Counted from the stretch's first letter, positions 27,518-37,140 are shown. The stretch: DNA of 64,000 bases from an uncultured Prosthecobacter sp. (GCA_965650415.1 CBFGOP010000001.1:9731-73730), one strand, 5' to 3'. The notes: a model not told the origin generated them from the sequence alone. Program-made: numbers and translations.

Positions 27518-30072
27518 ATAATTTCACACCCAGAGCACAACAGGTCCTGGCCTTGGCAAGGAAAGAAGCAGACCGTTTCAATCACGCTTATGTGGGAACA
27601 GAGCATCTGCTATTAGGTTTGATCAAGCTGGGGCAGGGGGTTGCTGTCAATGTGCTGGAACGCATGGGTCTTGAACTCGATGCGGTTCGTGTGGAAGTCG
27701 AAAAAGAAGTCGGCTCCGGTCCTCCGCAGAAAAGTCCGGGAAATATTCCATACACCCCTCGTGTCAAAAAAGTCCTCGCACTGGCGAATAAAGAAGCAAA
27801 GTCGCTCAATCATTCCTACGTCGGAACCGAACATCTTCTGTTAGGTCTGCTGCGCGAAGGCGAAGGGGTCGCGGCACGTGTGCTGAAACGTCTCGATGTC
27901 GATATTCAGCGCACCCGCAACGAGATTCTTGCGGAGATCGATCCGAATTTTTCTCCCGATGATATGGAGGATGAGGATGACGAGGATGATGATGACATGG
28001 GTGTTTTCGAGGAAGAGCCTGAGCACAACGCAGAGGCCACTACTCAGGAGCCGAACGATTCAAAAACCAAAACTCCCGCGCTCAAAGCCTTTGGTCGCGA
28101 TCTCACCAAACTCGCTCAGGAGGGTGAACTCGATCCGGTCATCGGGCGTAGCGATGAAATCGAGCGCGTGATTCAGATTCTGTGCCGCCGCACGAAAAAC
28201 AATCCGGTTCTCATCGGTGAGGCTGGTGTTGGCAAAACTGCCATCGTTGAAGGTCTTGCGCAAGAGATTGTTTCCGGCAACGTGCCCGAACTGCTTCGCG
28301 ATAAAAAAGTCATCACCCTTGACCTTGCATTGATGGTCGCTGGAACAAAATACCGCGGCCAATTTGAAGAGCGCATCAAGGCGGTGATGGATGAAATTCG
28401 TAAGGTAAAAAATGTCATTTTGTTTATCGACGAGCTCCACACTATTGTCGGTGCAGGTTCTGCTGAAGGAGCGATGGATGCCTCCAATATCATCAAGCCC
28501 GCACTCAGCCGTTCCGAACTCCAATGCGTCGGTGCCACAACCCTGAACGAATATCGCAAATACATCGAAAAGGATTCGGCCCTCGAACGCCGTTTCCAAC
28601 AGGTCAAGGTCGATGAACCATCGATCGACGACGCGATTCTGATTCTCCAGGGTCTTCGTGAGAAATACGAATCCCATCACAAGGCGAAATACACTCCCGA
28701 GGCCATCGAAGCATCGGTCAAGCTCACCTCCCGCTATCTCACCGCGCGTTATCTTCCGGACAAAGCCATCGATGTCCTCGACGAAGCGGGCGCGCGCGCC
28801 AGGATCGGAACTTTGACCCGTCCGCCATCCATCAAAAAGGCAGAGGAGCAAATTGAGGAAATCAACAAACTGAAGGTAGCTGCAATTGCGGAACAGGATT
28901 TCGAAAAAGCCGCAGCTCTCCGTGACGATGAGAAGAACGCCAAAAAAGCCCTGGAGGAAACCCTCAAGGAATGGCGCGCTTCATCCGAAGAAAAAGTCGT
29001 AACCGTTACCGATGAGGACATCATGGGAGTCGTTTCCAAATGGACCGGCGTTCCGCTGCAACGCATGGAACAGAAAGAAACCGAGAAACTTCTCAAAATG
29101 GAGGACGAACTCAAAGGTCGGGTCATCGGTCAGAACGAAGCCGTGGTCGCGATCTCCAAAGCCCTGCGGCGTTCACGTGCCGATCTGAAAGATCCGAAAC
29201 GTCCGATCGGTTCGTTCCTCTTCCTCGGTCCTACCGGTGTTGGTAAAACCTATCTCGCCAGGAATCTCGCCGACTTTATGTTCGGCGACAAGGAAGCGCT
29301 GATCCAGATAGACATGTCGGAGTACATGGAAAAATTCACCGCCTCCCGCCTCATCGGTTCGCCTCCGGGTTATGTCGGTTATGAAGAAGGCGGTCAGCTG
29401 TCCGAGGCTGTGAGACGTCGTCCTTACTCTGTGGTGCTTTTCGATGAGGTCGAAAAAGCCCACCCAGATGTCATGAATCTCCTGCTCCAAATTTTGGAAG
29501 ACGGCACGGTGACCGATTCGTTGGGACGCAAAATCGATTTCCGCAATACCATCATCATCATGACCTCGAACGTCGGGGCATCGACCATCAAACGCCAGAC
29601 CTCGCTTGGTTTCGGAGCAATGAATGCAGATGAATCCGATTTCGAAGGGATGAAGGAAAAAATTCTCGAGGAATCGAAACGCTACTTCAAACCCGAGTTC
29701 CTCAACCGTTTGGATGATCTCGTGGTCTTCCACATGTTGGAGAAAGTCGACCTCAACCAGATCGTCGATCTCGAGGTTTCCAAGCTGCTTGTCCGCCTGA
29801 AGGAAAAAGACATCGCGATGACCCTCACACCCGAGGCCACCGAGTTGCTCAGCGAAAAAGGATTCGATCCGAACTACGGCGCACGTCCGATGCGCCGTGC
29901 GGTCGAGCGTTTCCTCGAAGATCCGCTCGCCGAGGCCCTGCTGCGCGGCACGGTGAAAGCTGGAGACAAGGTCAAGGTCCGCCGCAAGGAAGGCAGTGAT
30001 GAGCTGATCTTTGACACTTCGGGATCGGGCGGTGGTTCAGGCCGTGGAAAGAAAAAAGCCAAAGCCAAGTGA
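27514..30072 (+). CDS. clpC: ATP-dependent Clp protease ATP-binding subunit ClpC
   Basis: Duplicated Clp_N repeats (GTEHLLLGL twice), two AAA+ modules ([16 protein letters not shown]), a UVR-like middle domain ([14 protein letters not shown]) and ClpB_D2-small. ATGA overlap with mcsB. Confidence 0.93.
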   Translation: MNNFTPRAQQVLALARKEADRFNHAYVGTEHLLLGLIKLGQGVAVNVLERMGLELDAVRVEVEKEVGSGPPQKSPGNIPYTPRVKKVLALANKEAKSLNHSYVGTEHLLLGLLREGEGVAARVLKRLDVDIQRTRNEILAEIDPNFSPDDMEDEDDEDDDDMGVFEEEPEHNAEATTQEPNDSKTKTPALKAFGRDLTKLAQEGELDPVIGRSDEIERVIQILCRRTKNNPVLIGEAGVGKTAIVEGLAQEIVSGNVPELLRDKKVITLDLALMVAGTKYRGQFEERIKAVMDEIRKVKNVILFIDELHTIVGAGSAEGAMDASNIIKPALSRSELQCVGATTLNEYRKYIEKDSALERRFQQVKVDEPSIDDAILILQGLREKYESHHKAKYTPEAIEASVKLTSRYLTARYLPDKAIDVLDEAGARARIGTLTRPPSIKKAEEQIEEINKLKVAAIAEQDFEKAAALRDDEKNAKKALEETLKEWRASSEEKVVTVTDEDIMGVVSKWTGVPLQRMEQKETEKLLKMEDELKGRVIGQNEAVVAISKALRRSRADLKDPKRPIGSFLFLGPTGVGKTYLARNLADFMFGDKEALIQIDMSEYMEKFTASRLIGSPPGYVGYEEGGQLSEAVRRRPYSVVLFDEVEKAHPDVMNLLLQILEDGTVTDSLGRKIDFRNTIIIMTSNVGASTIKRQTSLGFGAMNADESDFEGMKEKILEESKRYFKPEFLNRLDDLVVFHMLEKVDLNQIVDLEVSKLLVRLKEKDIAMTLTPEATELLSEKGFDPNYGARPMRRAVERFLEDPLAEALLRGTVKAGDKVKVRRKEGSDELIFDTSGSGGGSGRGKKKAKAK

Positions 30073-30074
30073 TC

Positions 30075-30428
30075 ATGGAGGCCAATCGATTCACCGCGAA
30101 TGCGGACTACGAGGAAAAGCATACCCATGCCATTTGCCTCGAACCGGGTCAGGAAGTCACCAGCGGACCTGTCGATAAAGCGTGGCCCGGGTGGATCTGG
30201 GCCACCGATTCCTCGGGTCGCAACGGCTACGTTCCCGCCGAATATCTCGAACCTCTCGGCGAAGACCGCTGGGCTGTGATTCAGGCCTTCGATCCCACCG
30301 TGTTGAAAATCACCCGTGGCGATCAACTTACTTCCCTCCAACAAATTCACGGCTGGCACTGGTGTGAAAATGAATCGGGAAAACAGGGATGGGTCGCTGG
30401 CTATTTGCTCAGGCCTGTGGGAATTTGA
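30075..30428 (+). CDS. Small cytoplasmic protein with two SH3-like half-domains
   Basis: GWIWATDSSGRNGYVPAEYLEP and GWHWCENESGKQGWVAGYLLRP are variant-SH3-type motifs. The ATG lies 3 nt after the clpC stop, or a GTG at 30069 overlaps it. Confidence 0.65.
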   Translation: MEANRFTANADYEEKHTHAICLEPGQEVTSGPVDKAWPGWIWATDSSGRNGYVPAEYLEPLGEDRWAVIQAFDPTVLKITRGDQLTSLQQIHGWHWCENESGKQGWVAGYLLRPVGI

Positions 30429-30468
30429 TGAGACAGAGGGGGTTGGAAATTCGAATCAGGATCAACTT

Positions 30469-30711
30469 ATGGAAAACGAACGGATTTTGTATGTGAAAAA
30501 GGGCTGCCCCTGGTGCATCGAGGTCGAGCGCTATCTGGAGAAGCACGGCATCGAAGTGCAAAAGATGATGGTTTCCGGCAATCCCGAAGCGATGGCGGAG
30601 ATGGTCGCCCTTTCCGGACAAAATAAAGCACCCACACTCGATTGGGATGGCGAAGTGTTGGCGGATTTCGGGGTGGATGAGCTCGTGCCGTTTTTGAAGG
30701 GGAAAATATGA
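30469..30711 (+). CDS. Glutaredoxin-like small redox protein (CPWC)
   Basis: From ATG 30469: MENERILYVKKGCPWCIEVERYLEKHGI...APTLDWDGEVLADFG, a thioredoxin-fold Grx/NrdH-like pattern. The track start at 30316 overlaps the SH3 gene. Confidence 0.7.
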   Translation: MENERILYVKKGCPWCIEVERYLEKHGIEVQKMMVSGNPEAMAEMVALSGQNKAPTLDWDGEVLADFGVDELVPFLKGKI

Positions 30712-30813
30712 GATCCTCTATCTGGATACGCAGATATGACACAGATCCAACATCCCAGCCGAAAGGCTTAAGAACCCCTTGCACCATACAGTAAACGAGA
30801 TGATACTTCATCC

Positions 30814-31449
30814 ATGAAATACCTCAGCCTCAGCACAGCGTTTTTGCTTTTGGTTTTTTCCTATTCTCATGCGGAAGATTCCGCAGCGAAATCTCCTGTA
30901 AAAATGGAAGTGGTGCAGAAACAGCTTGCGGGTGGAACTCAACTCTTGGATGTGCGAACCGAGGAAGAATGGAAAGAAGGCCATTTGAAGGATGCCAAAC
31001 GGGTGACAGTTACGGAAGACGGGTTTCTTGAAAAAGCCACAGCGCTGTTGGACAAGAAAAAGCCGGTGGTGGTTTATTGTCGCAGCGGGAAACGCAGCGC
31101 GATGGCGGCTGAGCAACTGCGTACTGCCGGGTATACCGTCTATGATATGGAGGGAGGAATCACTGCATGGATCGCGGCAGGTAAAGAGGTAGTGAAACCC
31201 GATGCTAAATCTGGAGCAGTTCAGAAATCTACAGCCAGTGACGAGGAAATCAAAAAACTGAAGAGCGAAATTGAAGCGAGCAAACAAGACATCGATAACC
31301 TTGAGGCTTTTGTGGTGATGGAACGTGCCAAACTCGAAGAAGATCCTAATTACGATTCATCGTTCCTTGAAGAGGCGTTGAACGAACAGCAGGGTATACG
31401 GGAAAAAGTTGAGGAAGTGGAAGGTCGACTGAAAGAAATCAGTAAGTAG
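30814..31449 (+). CDS. Exported rhodanese-domain sulfurtransferase with C-terminal coiled-coil extension
   Basis: Signal peptide, then LLDVRTEEEWKEGHLKDA, the active-site loop VVYCRSGKRSAMAA, and an E/K-rich helical tail. Confidence 0.8.
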   Translation: MKYLSLSTAFLLLVFSYSHAEDSAAKSPVKMEVVQKQLAGGTQLLDVRTEEEWKEGHLKDAKRVTVTEDGFLEKATALLDKKKPVVVYCRSGKRSAMAAEQLRTAGYTVYDMEGGITAWIAAGKEVVKPDAKSGAVQKSTASDEEIKKLKSEIEASKQDIDNLEAFVVMERAKLEEDPNYDSSFLEEALNEQQGIREKVEEVEGRLKEISK

Positions 31450-31572
31450 TTTTTTTAGTGGAAAAGTTGGCTAGTGATCAGTTTGAACAACGATTTGTGG
31501 AGCGGTGATTTTTGGGTGGCTAGCTTCTGGTGGGTTGACAGATGACTGGTTGCGTGGATGCTCTTTTCTCTC

Positions 31573-32754
31573 ATGAAAATTTGGTCACTTCCTTTCCTGC
31601 TGACAGCTGCTGTGATGGTGGCTATCCCCAATCACGCCCGTTCACAGAACGAATCACAACCTGAAATCAAAATGCCTGAAACACCCGCAGATGTAGCCGC
31701 CGCTCCCGCCGATGCCGTGAAAACCGCCACCGGTCTCGCCTCAAAAGTCCTCCAAGCCGGAACCGGTGATAAAAAACCGACCGCATCCGACACAGTGACC
31801 GTGCACTACTCAGGATGGACGACGGATGGAAACATGTTCGATAGTTCGGTTAAACGCGGTGAGCCTACCAGTTTCCCTCTCAACCAAGTGATCGCCGGCT
31901 GGACCGAAGGTTTGCAGCTTATGGTAGTCGGTGAAAAACGCCGTTTCTGGATTCCGGAAGACCTTGCGTATGGCCCGGTGATCCCGGGATCGGGTCGTCC
32001 CGGTGGAATGCTTTGCTTTGATGTTGAACTGATCGGGATTCAAGAAGCTCCAAAACCTCCTGCCGATACAAAAAAAACAGCAAGCGGTGTGGCTTACAAA
32101 GTGATCAAGGAAGGCAAGGGTCAAGCCCCAGCCAAAACTCAGGTGATCACCTTCCACTTCAGCGCCAAGACCATGTCAGGTGAAATGTTGCAGGATAGTC
32201 GCGGTGAGGAAGCTCCAATCACCGTTCCAATGGATAAATTACCACCGGAACTGGGTGAGGTAATCGGTGAAATGAAAGCGGGTGAGCAGCGCCAGTGCTG
32301 GTTGCCTGAACCCCGGCTTCCGGGTGGCTTTGTGGTTGCCGAGCTCGATCTCATTTCTTTCAAGGATGCACCACCGGCTCCCGAGGCGCCGAAAGACGTC
32401 GCTGCCGCGCCTGCGGAAGCCCAGAAGACCGCCAGCGGTCTGTCGCATCAGGTGATTGCCAAAGGTACCGGCAAGGATCACCCAAAAGCCACCGATACCG
32501 TAAAAGTTCACTACTCGGGTTGGACAACAGATGGCAACATGTTCGATAGCTCCGTCACACGTGGTGAGCCGGCATCGTTTCCTCTCAATCAGGTGATCAA
32601 AGGTTGGACCGAAGGGGTTCAACTGATGGTGGTTGGTGAGAAACGTCGTTTCTGGATCCCGCAAGAACTCGCCTACGGGCCTGCCGTGCCCGGCAGCGGC
32701 CGCCCAGGCGGCATGCTGGTGTTCGATGTCGAGCTGTTAGAGATCGGAAAGTAA
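31573..32754 (+). CDS. Exported FKBP-type peptidyl-prolyl isomerase with three tandem FKBP-like domains
   Basis: Signal peptide. Domains 1 and 3 are near-duplicates (V.VHYSGWTTDGNMFDSSV.RGEP.SFPLNQVI.GWTEG.QLMVVGEKRRFWIP). The middle domain is degenerate. An alternative start is ATG 31558. Confidence 0.85.
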   Translation: MKIWSLPFLLTAAVMVAIPNHARSQNESQPEIKMPETPADVAAAPADAVKTATGLASKVLQAGTGDKKPTASDTVTVHYSGWTTDGNMFDSSVKRGEPTSFPLNQVIAGWTEGLQLMVVGEKRRFWIPEDLAYGPVIPGSGRPGGMLCFDVELIGIQEAPKPPADTKKTASGVAYKVIKEGKGQAPAKTQVITFHFSAKTMSGEMLQDSRGEEAPITVPMDKLPPELGEVIGEMKAGEQRQCWLPEPRLPGGFVVAELDLISFKDAPPAPEAPKDVAAAPAEAQKTASGLSHQVIAKGTGKDHPKATDTVKVHYSGWTTDGNMFDSSVTRGEPASFPLNQVIKGWTEGVQLMVVGEKRRFWIPQELAYGPAVPGSGRPGGMLVFDVELLEIGK

Positions 32755-32801
32755 CTTATCTGAACCGTTGTGGCGGATACCATCCGCCGCAACGATAAGT
32801 T
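32753..32801. terminator. Long imperfect hairpin between convergent genes (candidate bidirectional terminator)
   Basis: Inner stem 32766-32776 / 32784-32794 is 11 bp with one G-U. Outer stem 32753-32759 / 32795-32801 is 7 bp. There is a 6-nt bulge. It is flanked by 11-bp direct repeats TTATCTGAACC at 32756-32766 and 32806-32816. Confidence 0.5.
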
Positions 32802-32865
32802 CGTTTTATCTGAACCAACCTACCATCGAACCATTTCAATGGGCTTGTGGTTTGGTTCTGTCAAA

Positions 32866-34383
32866 TCAGGACAAAGCGGTTTCGAAAGCGGCGATGATGG
32901 TTTCTATCGGCTCGGTGCCGACGGAAATGCGAATCAGGCTCGCAGGCACGCCGCAGTCTTCGCACCATTCGAGTTCGTCATAATGCGCGAGCAGCGTATA
33001 GAGACAGATGAGGGTGAAAGGTGTTCCGAAGGAAGGACCTTTGCAGAGTTGCAATGCATCGTAGAATTTGGCGGTTTTTTTCGGATTGCTCAGGGTGATG
33101 GATAGCAATCCACCATAGCCACCGGATTTACGTTTGATTTGGTTGAAACTCTTGGTGTTGACCAAGGATGGATGCCAGACGTTTTCCACTTCGGGATGAT
33201 CCTGAAGAAATTTGACCAGTTTCATGGCATGGTCATTGGTGATTTTGTTTCGCTTGGAATAGCCCTTGATGTTGGAAATCAGGACTTCGGCATCGGAGAT
33301 GTAGAGCGGAGCGCACTCGGCTGCATCAGCTGCGATAGAGTCGCGCAAATCCGCGATCAGCGGTGAATCGGAGCGAAGGGTTAGTGCACCCCCCATGACA
33401 TCACCCGCACCGGAAATCCACTTTGTGAGAGAAGATGTGAGAATGTCGCAAAGCGGCAGAACATTCACATTGAGCGGCCCCGTCGATGAGTCGTCCACAA
33501 TGAGTGGGGTTTTTGAAAGAGCGCATGCGTCTGAAACACGCTTCAGATCGATCGTGCGGAGCAGGGGGTTGGATGGGATTTCCGTGAACACTCCGGCGAA
33601 TTCACCTGCGATGATGCGCTGGATGGCTTCGTCAAAGGATTCGCCGACCGCTTCATTGAGATAAACGACTCCGTTTCCGAAGCGTTCCTGAATTTTCAGG
33701 GAATCGACATAAGGGAACTCGATTTGCAGGGTTTTTTTCCCTTCCCGCACCCCGGGCAGGGATCGGAGAGCCGCCATGCCTGCGGAAATACCGCTGGCGA
33801 AAATGAAGGTGTTTTCCGCCGTGCCACCGTTCAATTTGGCAATGGCACGGGAGAGAAGATGGGATTTGGAACCGGTGCGCAGTTTTCCATCGAGGTAATC
33901 CTGTGCTTCACGGGAGGAAATTCCTTCTCCTGAAAACCTCCAATACAGGTTGGCGAACACCTTGGCCTTTTCCGGGAAAACCACGGCTTGGAATCCGAAG
34001 TATGAGGTGAGGCGGACAGCGGTTTCCGACTGGCGCTCGATCCAACGCTGTGCGCGTTGGGCGGAGGTTTTCGTAGGCAGGATGATCACGTCCTCACCTT
34101 CCATCGCGAGCTCCTTGCGGGCGTTGTCGAACAAACGCTCAACTGTCGGGTGTTTAAAAAAACGGGGGTAACCCGTGCGCATGCGGCGCAGGACTTTTTG
34201 CCTGCCTTCTTCATAGCCGATCACCGACTCCCAGGTGGGGAGGCAAACGGAACAAGCATGAGTCGAATCCGGCAAGGGAATACCGAGATCCTGCTCTTGC
34301 CAGGCCGGGTTGAGTAAGAGATCGCGCACGGGCGCTACATGGCTTCTTGGGCGGCTATGAGCAAGCCTGATTTCGAATTTCAC
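32866..34383 (-). CDS. PLP-dependent Cys/Met-metabolism family enzyme (cystathionine gamma-synthase/lyase-like) with N-terminal extension
   Basis: SLTKWISGAGDVMGG (PLP-lysine context) and the C-terminal motifs GPSFGTPFTL and IRISVG. The annotated start is a GTG and the true start is uncertain. Confidence 0.7.
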   Translation of the reverse strand: MKFEIRLAHSRPRSHVAPVRDLLLNPAWQEQDLGIPLPDSTHACSVCLPTWESVIGYEEGRQKVLRRMRTGYPRFFKHPTVERLFDNARKELAMEGEDVIILPTKTSAQRAQRWIERQSETAVRLTSYFGFQAVVFPEKAKVFANLYWRFSGEGISSREAQDYLDGKLRTGSKSHLLSRAIAKLNGGTAENTFIFASGISAGMAALRSLPGVREGKKTLQIEFPYVDSLKIQERFGNGVVYLNEAVGESFDEAIQRIIAGEFAGVFTEIPSNPLLRTIDLKRVSDACALSKTPLIVDDSSTGPLNVNVLPLCDILTSSLTKWISGAGDVMGGALTLRSDSPLIADLRDSIAADAAECAPLYISDAEVLISNIKGYSKRNKITNDHAMKLVKFLQDHPEVENVWHPSLVNTKSFNQIKRKSGGYGGLLSITLSNPKKTAKFYDALQLCKGPSFGTPFTLICLYTLLAHYDELEWCEDCGVPASLIRISVGTEPIETIIAAFETALS

Positions 34384-34477
34384 GCTGCGTCACGCATGAA
34401 ACATGCTTTGTCCTTGCCTCAAAAGCATCTGCGGTGAGAATCCGCTTCCCAGCTAATGCTGATTTCGAAAAAAGCAC

Positions 34478-35473
34478 ATGGACGAATCGCAATTCCAAGA
34501 AACCATCCGGAAAATCGGTGAGATCATTTCGACTCATCAGAGTTTCCTGCTGATGAGTCATGTTAGACCGGATGGAGACGCGATCGGTTCGGAGTTGGCG
34601 CTCGGGTTTTCGCTCATGGCTCTGGGAAAAAAAGTCCACATGATCAACGAGGACGGAGTGCCAGAGAGTCTGGAGTTTTTGAAAGGTTCAGAGAAAGTCA
34701 CCCAACCACCAAAAGAGCCTCTCGAGGTCGAAGTGGCGATCGCACTGGACACCGCTGCAAAACCCCGTTTGGGAGAAGCATCGCTACACGCGGCATCGAG
34801 AGCCAAGCTCTGGCTCAACATCGATCACCACATTTCCAATCCGGGTTATGGAGATATCAATTTGATCGATGCGAGAAAGCCTGCGACTGGCCAGATTGTT
34901 TATGAAATCATCAAGGCTCTCGATTATCCGATGCCTGAGGAAACGCGCGATGCGATCTACGTCGCGGTTTCGACCGATACCGGATCGTTCCAATACGGCT
35001 CCACCACAGCCGAGACGTATGAGTTGGGTGCGGATCTGATCCGGCGTGGTCTGGATGTCGGCAAAATCAACGCCGATACCTATGACAACCATCCTTACCG
35101 GAGGTTGGAGCTGATGCGGGCTTTGTTAAACACTCTGGAAATTTCCGAAGACGGTCGACTGGCCCACTGGGAGCTGTTGGATCACATTCGCGCTGGTCTT
35201 GCGCTTCAACCGGACGACAGCGAGGGCCTGATCGACTTGATACGTGCGATCAAAGGCGTGCGGGTCGCGGTATTTTTTGAGGAACTTCAAAACGGCCAGG
35301 TCCGTGTCTCGATGCGTTCCAAAGACAAAGGGGTTAACGTCTGTGACGTTGCACTGCAGTTTGGCGGCGGCGGACATGCCATGGCAGCGGGCATCCGGAT
35401 GTCCGGTCCCTTGAGTGAGGCGAAAACCAAAGTTCTCGGTACGCTCGCAAAGGCGCTCGAAACCATTTCATAG
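34478..35473 (+). CDS. nrnA: DHH/DHHA1 phosphoesterase (NrnA-type oligoribonuclease / pAp phosphatase)
   Basis: HVRPDGDAIGS, NIDHH, DTGSFQY, GGGHAMAAG. Confidence 0.85.
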   Translation: MDESQFQETIRKIGEIISTHQSFLLMSHVRPDGDAIGSELALGFSLMALGKKVHMINEDGVPESLEFLKGSEKVTQPPKEPLEVEVAIALDTAAKPRLGEASLHAASRAKLWLNIDHHISNPGYGDINLIDARKPATGQIVYEIIKALDYPMPEETRDAIYVAVSTDTGSFQYGSTTAETYELGADLIRRGLDVGKINADTYDNHPYRRLELMRALLNTLEISEDGRLAHWELLDHIRAGLALQPDDSEGLIDLIRAIKGVRVAVFFEELQNGQVRVSMRSKDKGVNVCDVALQFGGGGHAMAAGIRMSGPLSEAKTKVLGTLAKALETIS

Positions 35474-35478
35474 ATACG

Positions 35479-36213
35479 ATGAGAAAAAAAGAAGAAGTAT
35501 ACACCGGCCCCAGCGGCGTGTTGTTGATTGATAAAGCTCCGGACATGACATCTCACGATGTTGTTGCGATTGCGAGACGTGCGCTGAATACCAAAAAAAT
35601 AGGTCACTGCGGCACGCTGGATCCGATGGCTACCGGCTTGCTGATGTTGGTGATCGGCAAGGCGACCAAGATCCAGGATTTGCTGATGAGCGAGGACAAG
35701 GTCTATGAAGGAACGCTCACTCTGGGACAACGCACCAGCACGCAGGACAGAGAAGGGGAGGTCATCGAGACCCGTGATGTGGGCGATTTTTCCGAAAGCG
35801 ATGTTCGTGTGGCTTTCGATGGGTTTTTCGGAGAGTTTGAGCAGATACCGCCGATGGTTTCCGCGATCAAAATGGATGGGGTTCCGCTTTATAAACTCGC
35901 TCGAAAGGGAGTCGAGGTGGAGAGAAAACCCCGCCCGGTGCATGTGACCGGATACGAAATCAAACGTCTGGAGTTGCCAGAGGTGGATTTTACGGTTCAC
36001 TGTTCCAAAGGGTTTTATGTTCGCACTTACGCCAATGACATTGGAGAGAAACTGGGTTGTGGCGCTCACCTCAGTGCCTTGCGCAGGACCAAATCTGGAA
36101 AATTTGATCTCGAACGTTCGGTCACGGTCGCTCAACTCAAGGAGGCGGATCCGGAAGTGCTGCTCAAAGCAATGATTTCAATGGCAGAGATATCCCTGAT
36201 GCGCGGGGCCTGA
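35479..36213 (+). CDS. truB: tRNA pseudouridine(55) synthase
   Basis: GHCGTLDPMATGLL, IPPMVSAIK, YVRTYANDIG. Confidence 0.9.
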   Translation: MRKKEEVYTGPSGVLLIDKAPDMTSHDVVAIARRALNTKKIGHCGTLDPMATGLLMLVIGKATKIQDLLMSEDKVYEGTLTLGQRTSTQDREGEVIETRDVGDFSESDVRVAFDGFFGEFEQIPPMVSAIKMDGVPLYKLARKGVEVERKPRPVHVTGYEIKRLELPEVDFTVHCSKGFYVRTYANDIGEKLGCGAHLSALRRTKSGKFDLERSVTVAQLKEADPEVLLKAMISMAEISLMRGA

Positions 36214-36223
36214 GACACCCAAT

Positions 36224-37138
36224 ATGATAATCTATCTCGATGACCTTGAGGATTTGGTTTTGGTGCCGGATAAATTACATCTGGCTCTCGGGGTTTTTGA
36301 CGGTCTTCACAAAGGTCACCAGGCGGTGATCCAGCAGGCCGTGCGTTCGGCACAAACGACGGGCGGACTTTCATTTGTTGTCACCTTTTTCCCTCATCCT
36401 GCCGAACTTTTGGCTCCGGATCAGGCACCAAGTCCGCTGATCGCCACAGTGAATGAAAAAGTCCTTATGTTGGATGCCATGGGAGTCGATGGGGTTTTGG
36501 TCATCGAGTTTGATGAAGCGTTTGCGAGCATTCCAGCCGATCAATTTATCAGAAGTCTCTGTCAGAAAGCCGACGTCGGATCGATCTCAGTCGGAGAGGA
36601 CTGGAGATTTGGATACAGGCGTGAGGGCTGCACGCAAATGCTCAGATCTCTTGCAGAAGAACTCGGATTCGCTGCCAAAGCACTACCTCAACTCAATTGG
36701 GATGGTATCCGTATCAGCAGCACCCGAATCCGCCAAGCGATCCATGTCGGCGACTTCGACTCGGTGAAAGCCATGCTGGGACGCGACTACGACTTCACTG
36801 GAATCGTGGTGGAAGGCCAGAAATTGGGTAGAACCCTCGGATTTCCCACTGCCAATCTCCGTTTGCCTGAAATCCAATTACCGCGCGACGGGGTATGGGT
36901 GGTTGAAATCGATGGATTATACCGTGGAGTGGCCAATTTGGGCTGTCGTCCGACAGTCGATGGATCCGAAAAACGTCTTTTGGAAGTGCATATCTTGGAC
37001 TTTGACCAAGATATCTATGGCATAACGCTGAGAGTTCGTTTCCTGCATTTCCTGAGAGATATCCGGAAATTTGATTCTCTGGATGCCCTGAAAGCACAGA
37101 TTTTCAAGGATGTTCAGGCAGTTAAACATATCGCTTGA
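36224..37138 (+). CDS. ribF: Bifunctional riboflavin kinase / FMN adenylyltransferase
   Basis: LALGVFDGLHKGHQ, FPHP, GFPTANL, LEVHILDF, and a C-terminal riboflavin kinase pattern. Confidence 0.9.
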   Translation: MIIYLDDLEDLVLVPDKLHLALGVFDGLHKGHQAVIQQAVRSAQTTGGLSFVVTFFPHPAELLAPDQAPSPLIATVNEKVLMLDAMGVDGVLVIEFDEAFASIPADQFIRSLCQKADVGSISVGEDWRFGYRREGCTQMLRSLAEELGFAAKALPQLNWDGIRISSTRIRQAIHVGDFDSVKAMLGRDYDFTGIVVEGQKLGRTLGFPTANLRLPEIQLPRDGVWVVEIDGLYRGVANLGCRPTVDGSEKRLLEVHILDFDQDIYGITLRVRFLHFLRDIRKFDSLDALKAQIFKDVQAVKHIA

Positions 37139-37140
37139 CG

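Noticed and set aside
34384-34477. Possible SAM or other riboswitch ahead of the PLP Cys/Met-family gene
   Set aside because: The divergent intergenic region is only 94 nt and shared with the nrnA promoter. That is too short for a riboswitch aptamer plus expression platform, and no conserved riboswitch motifs were seen.
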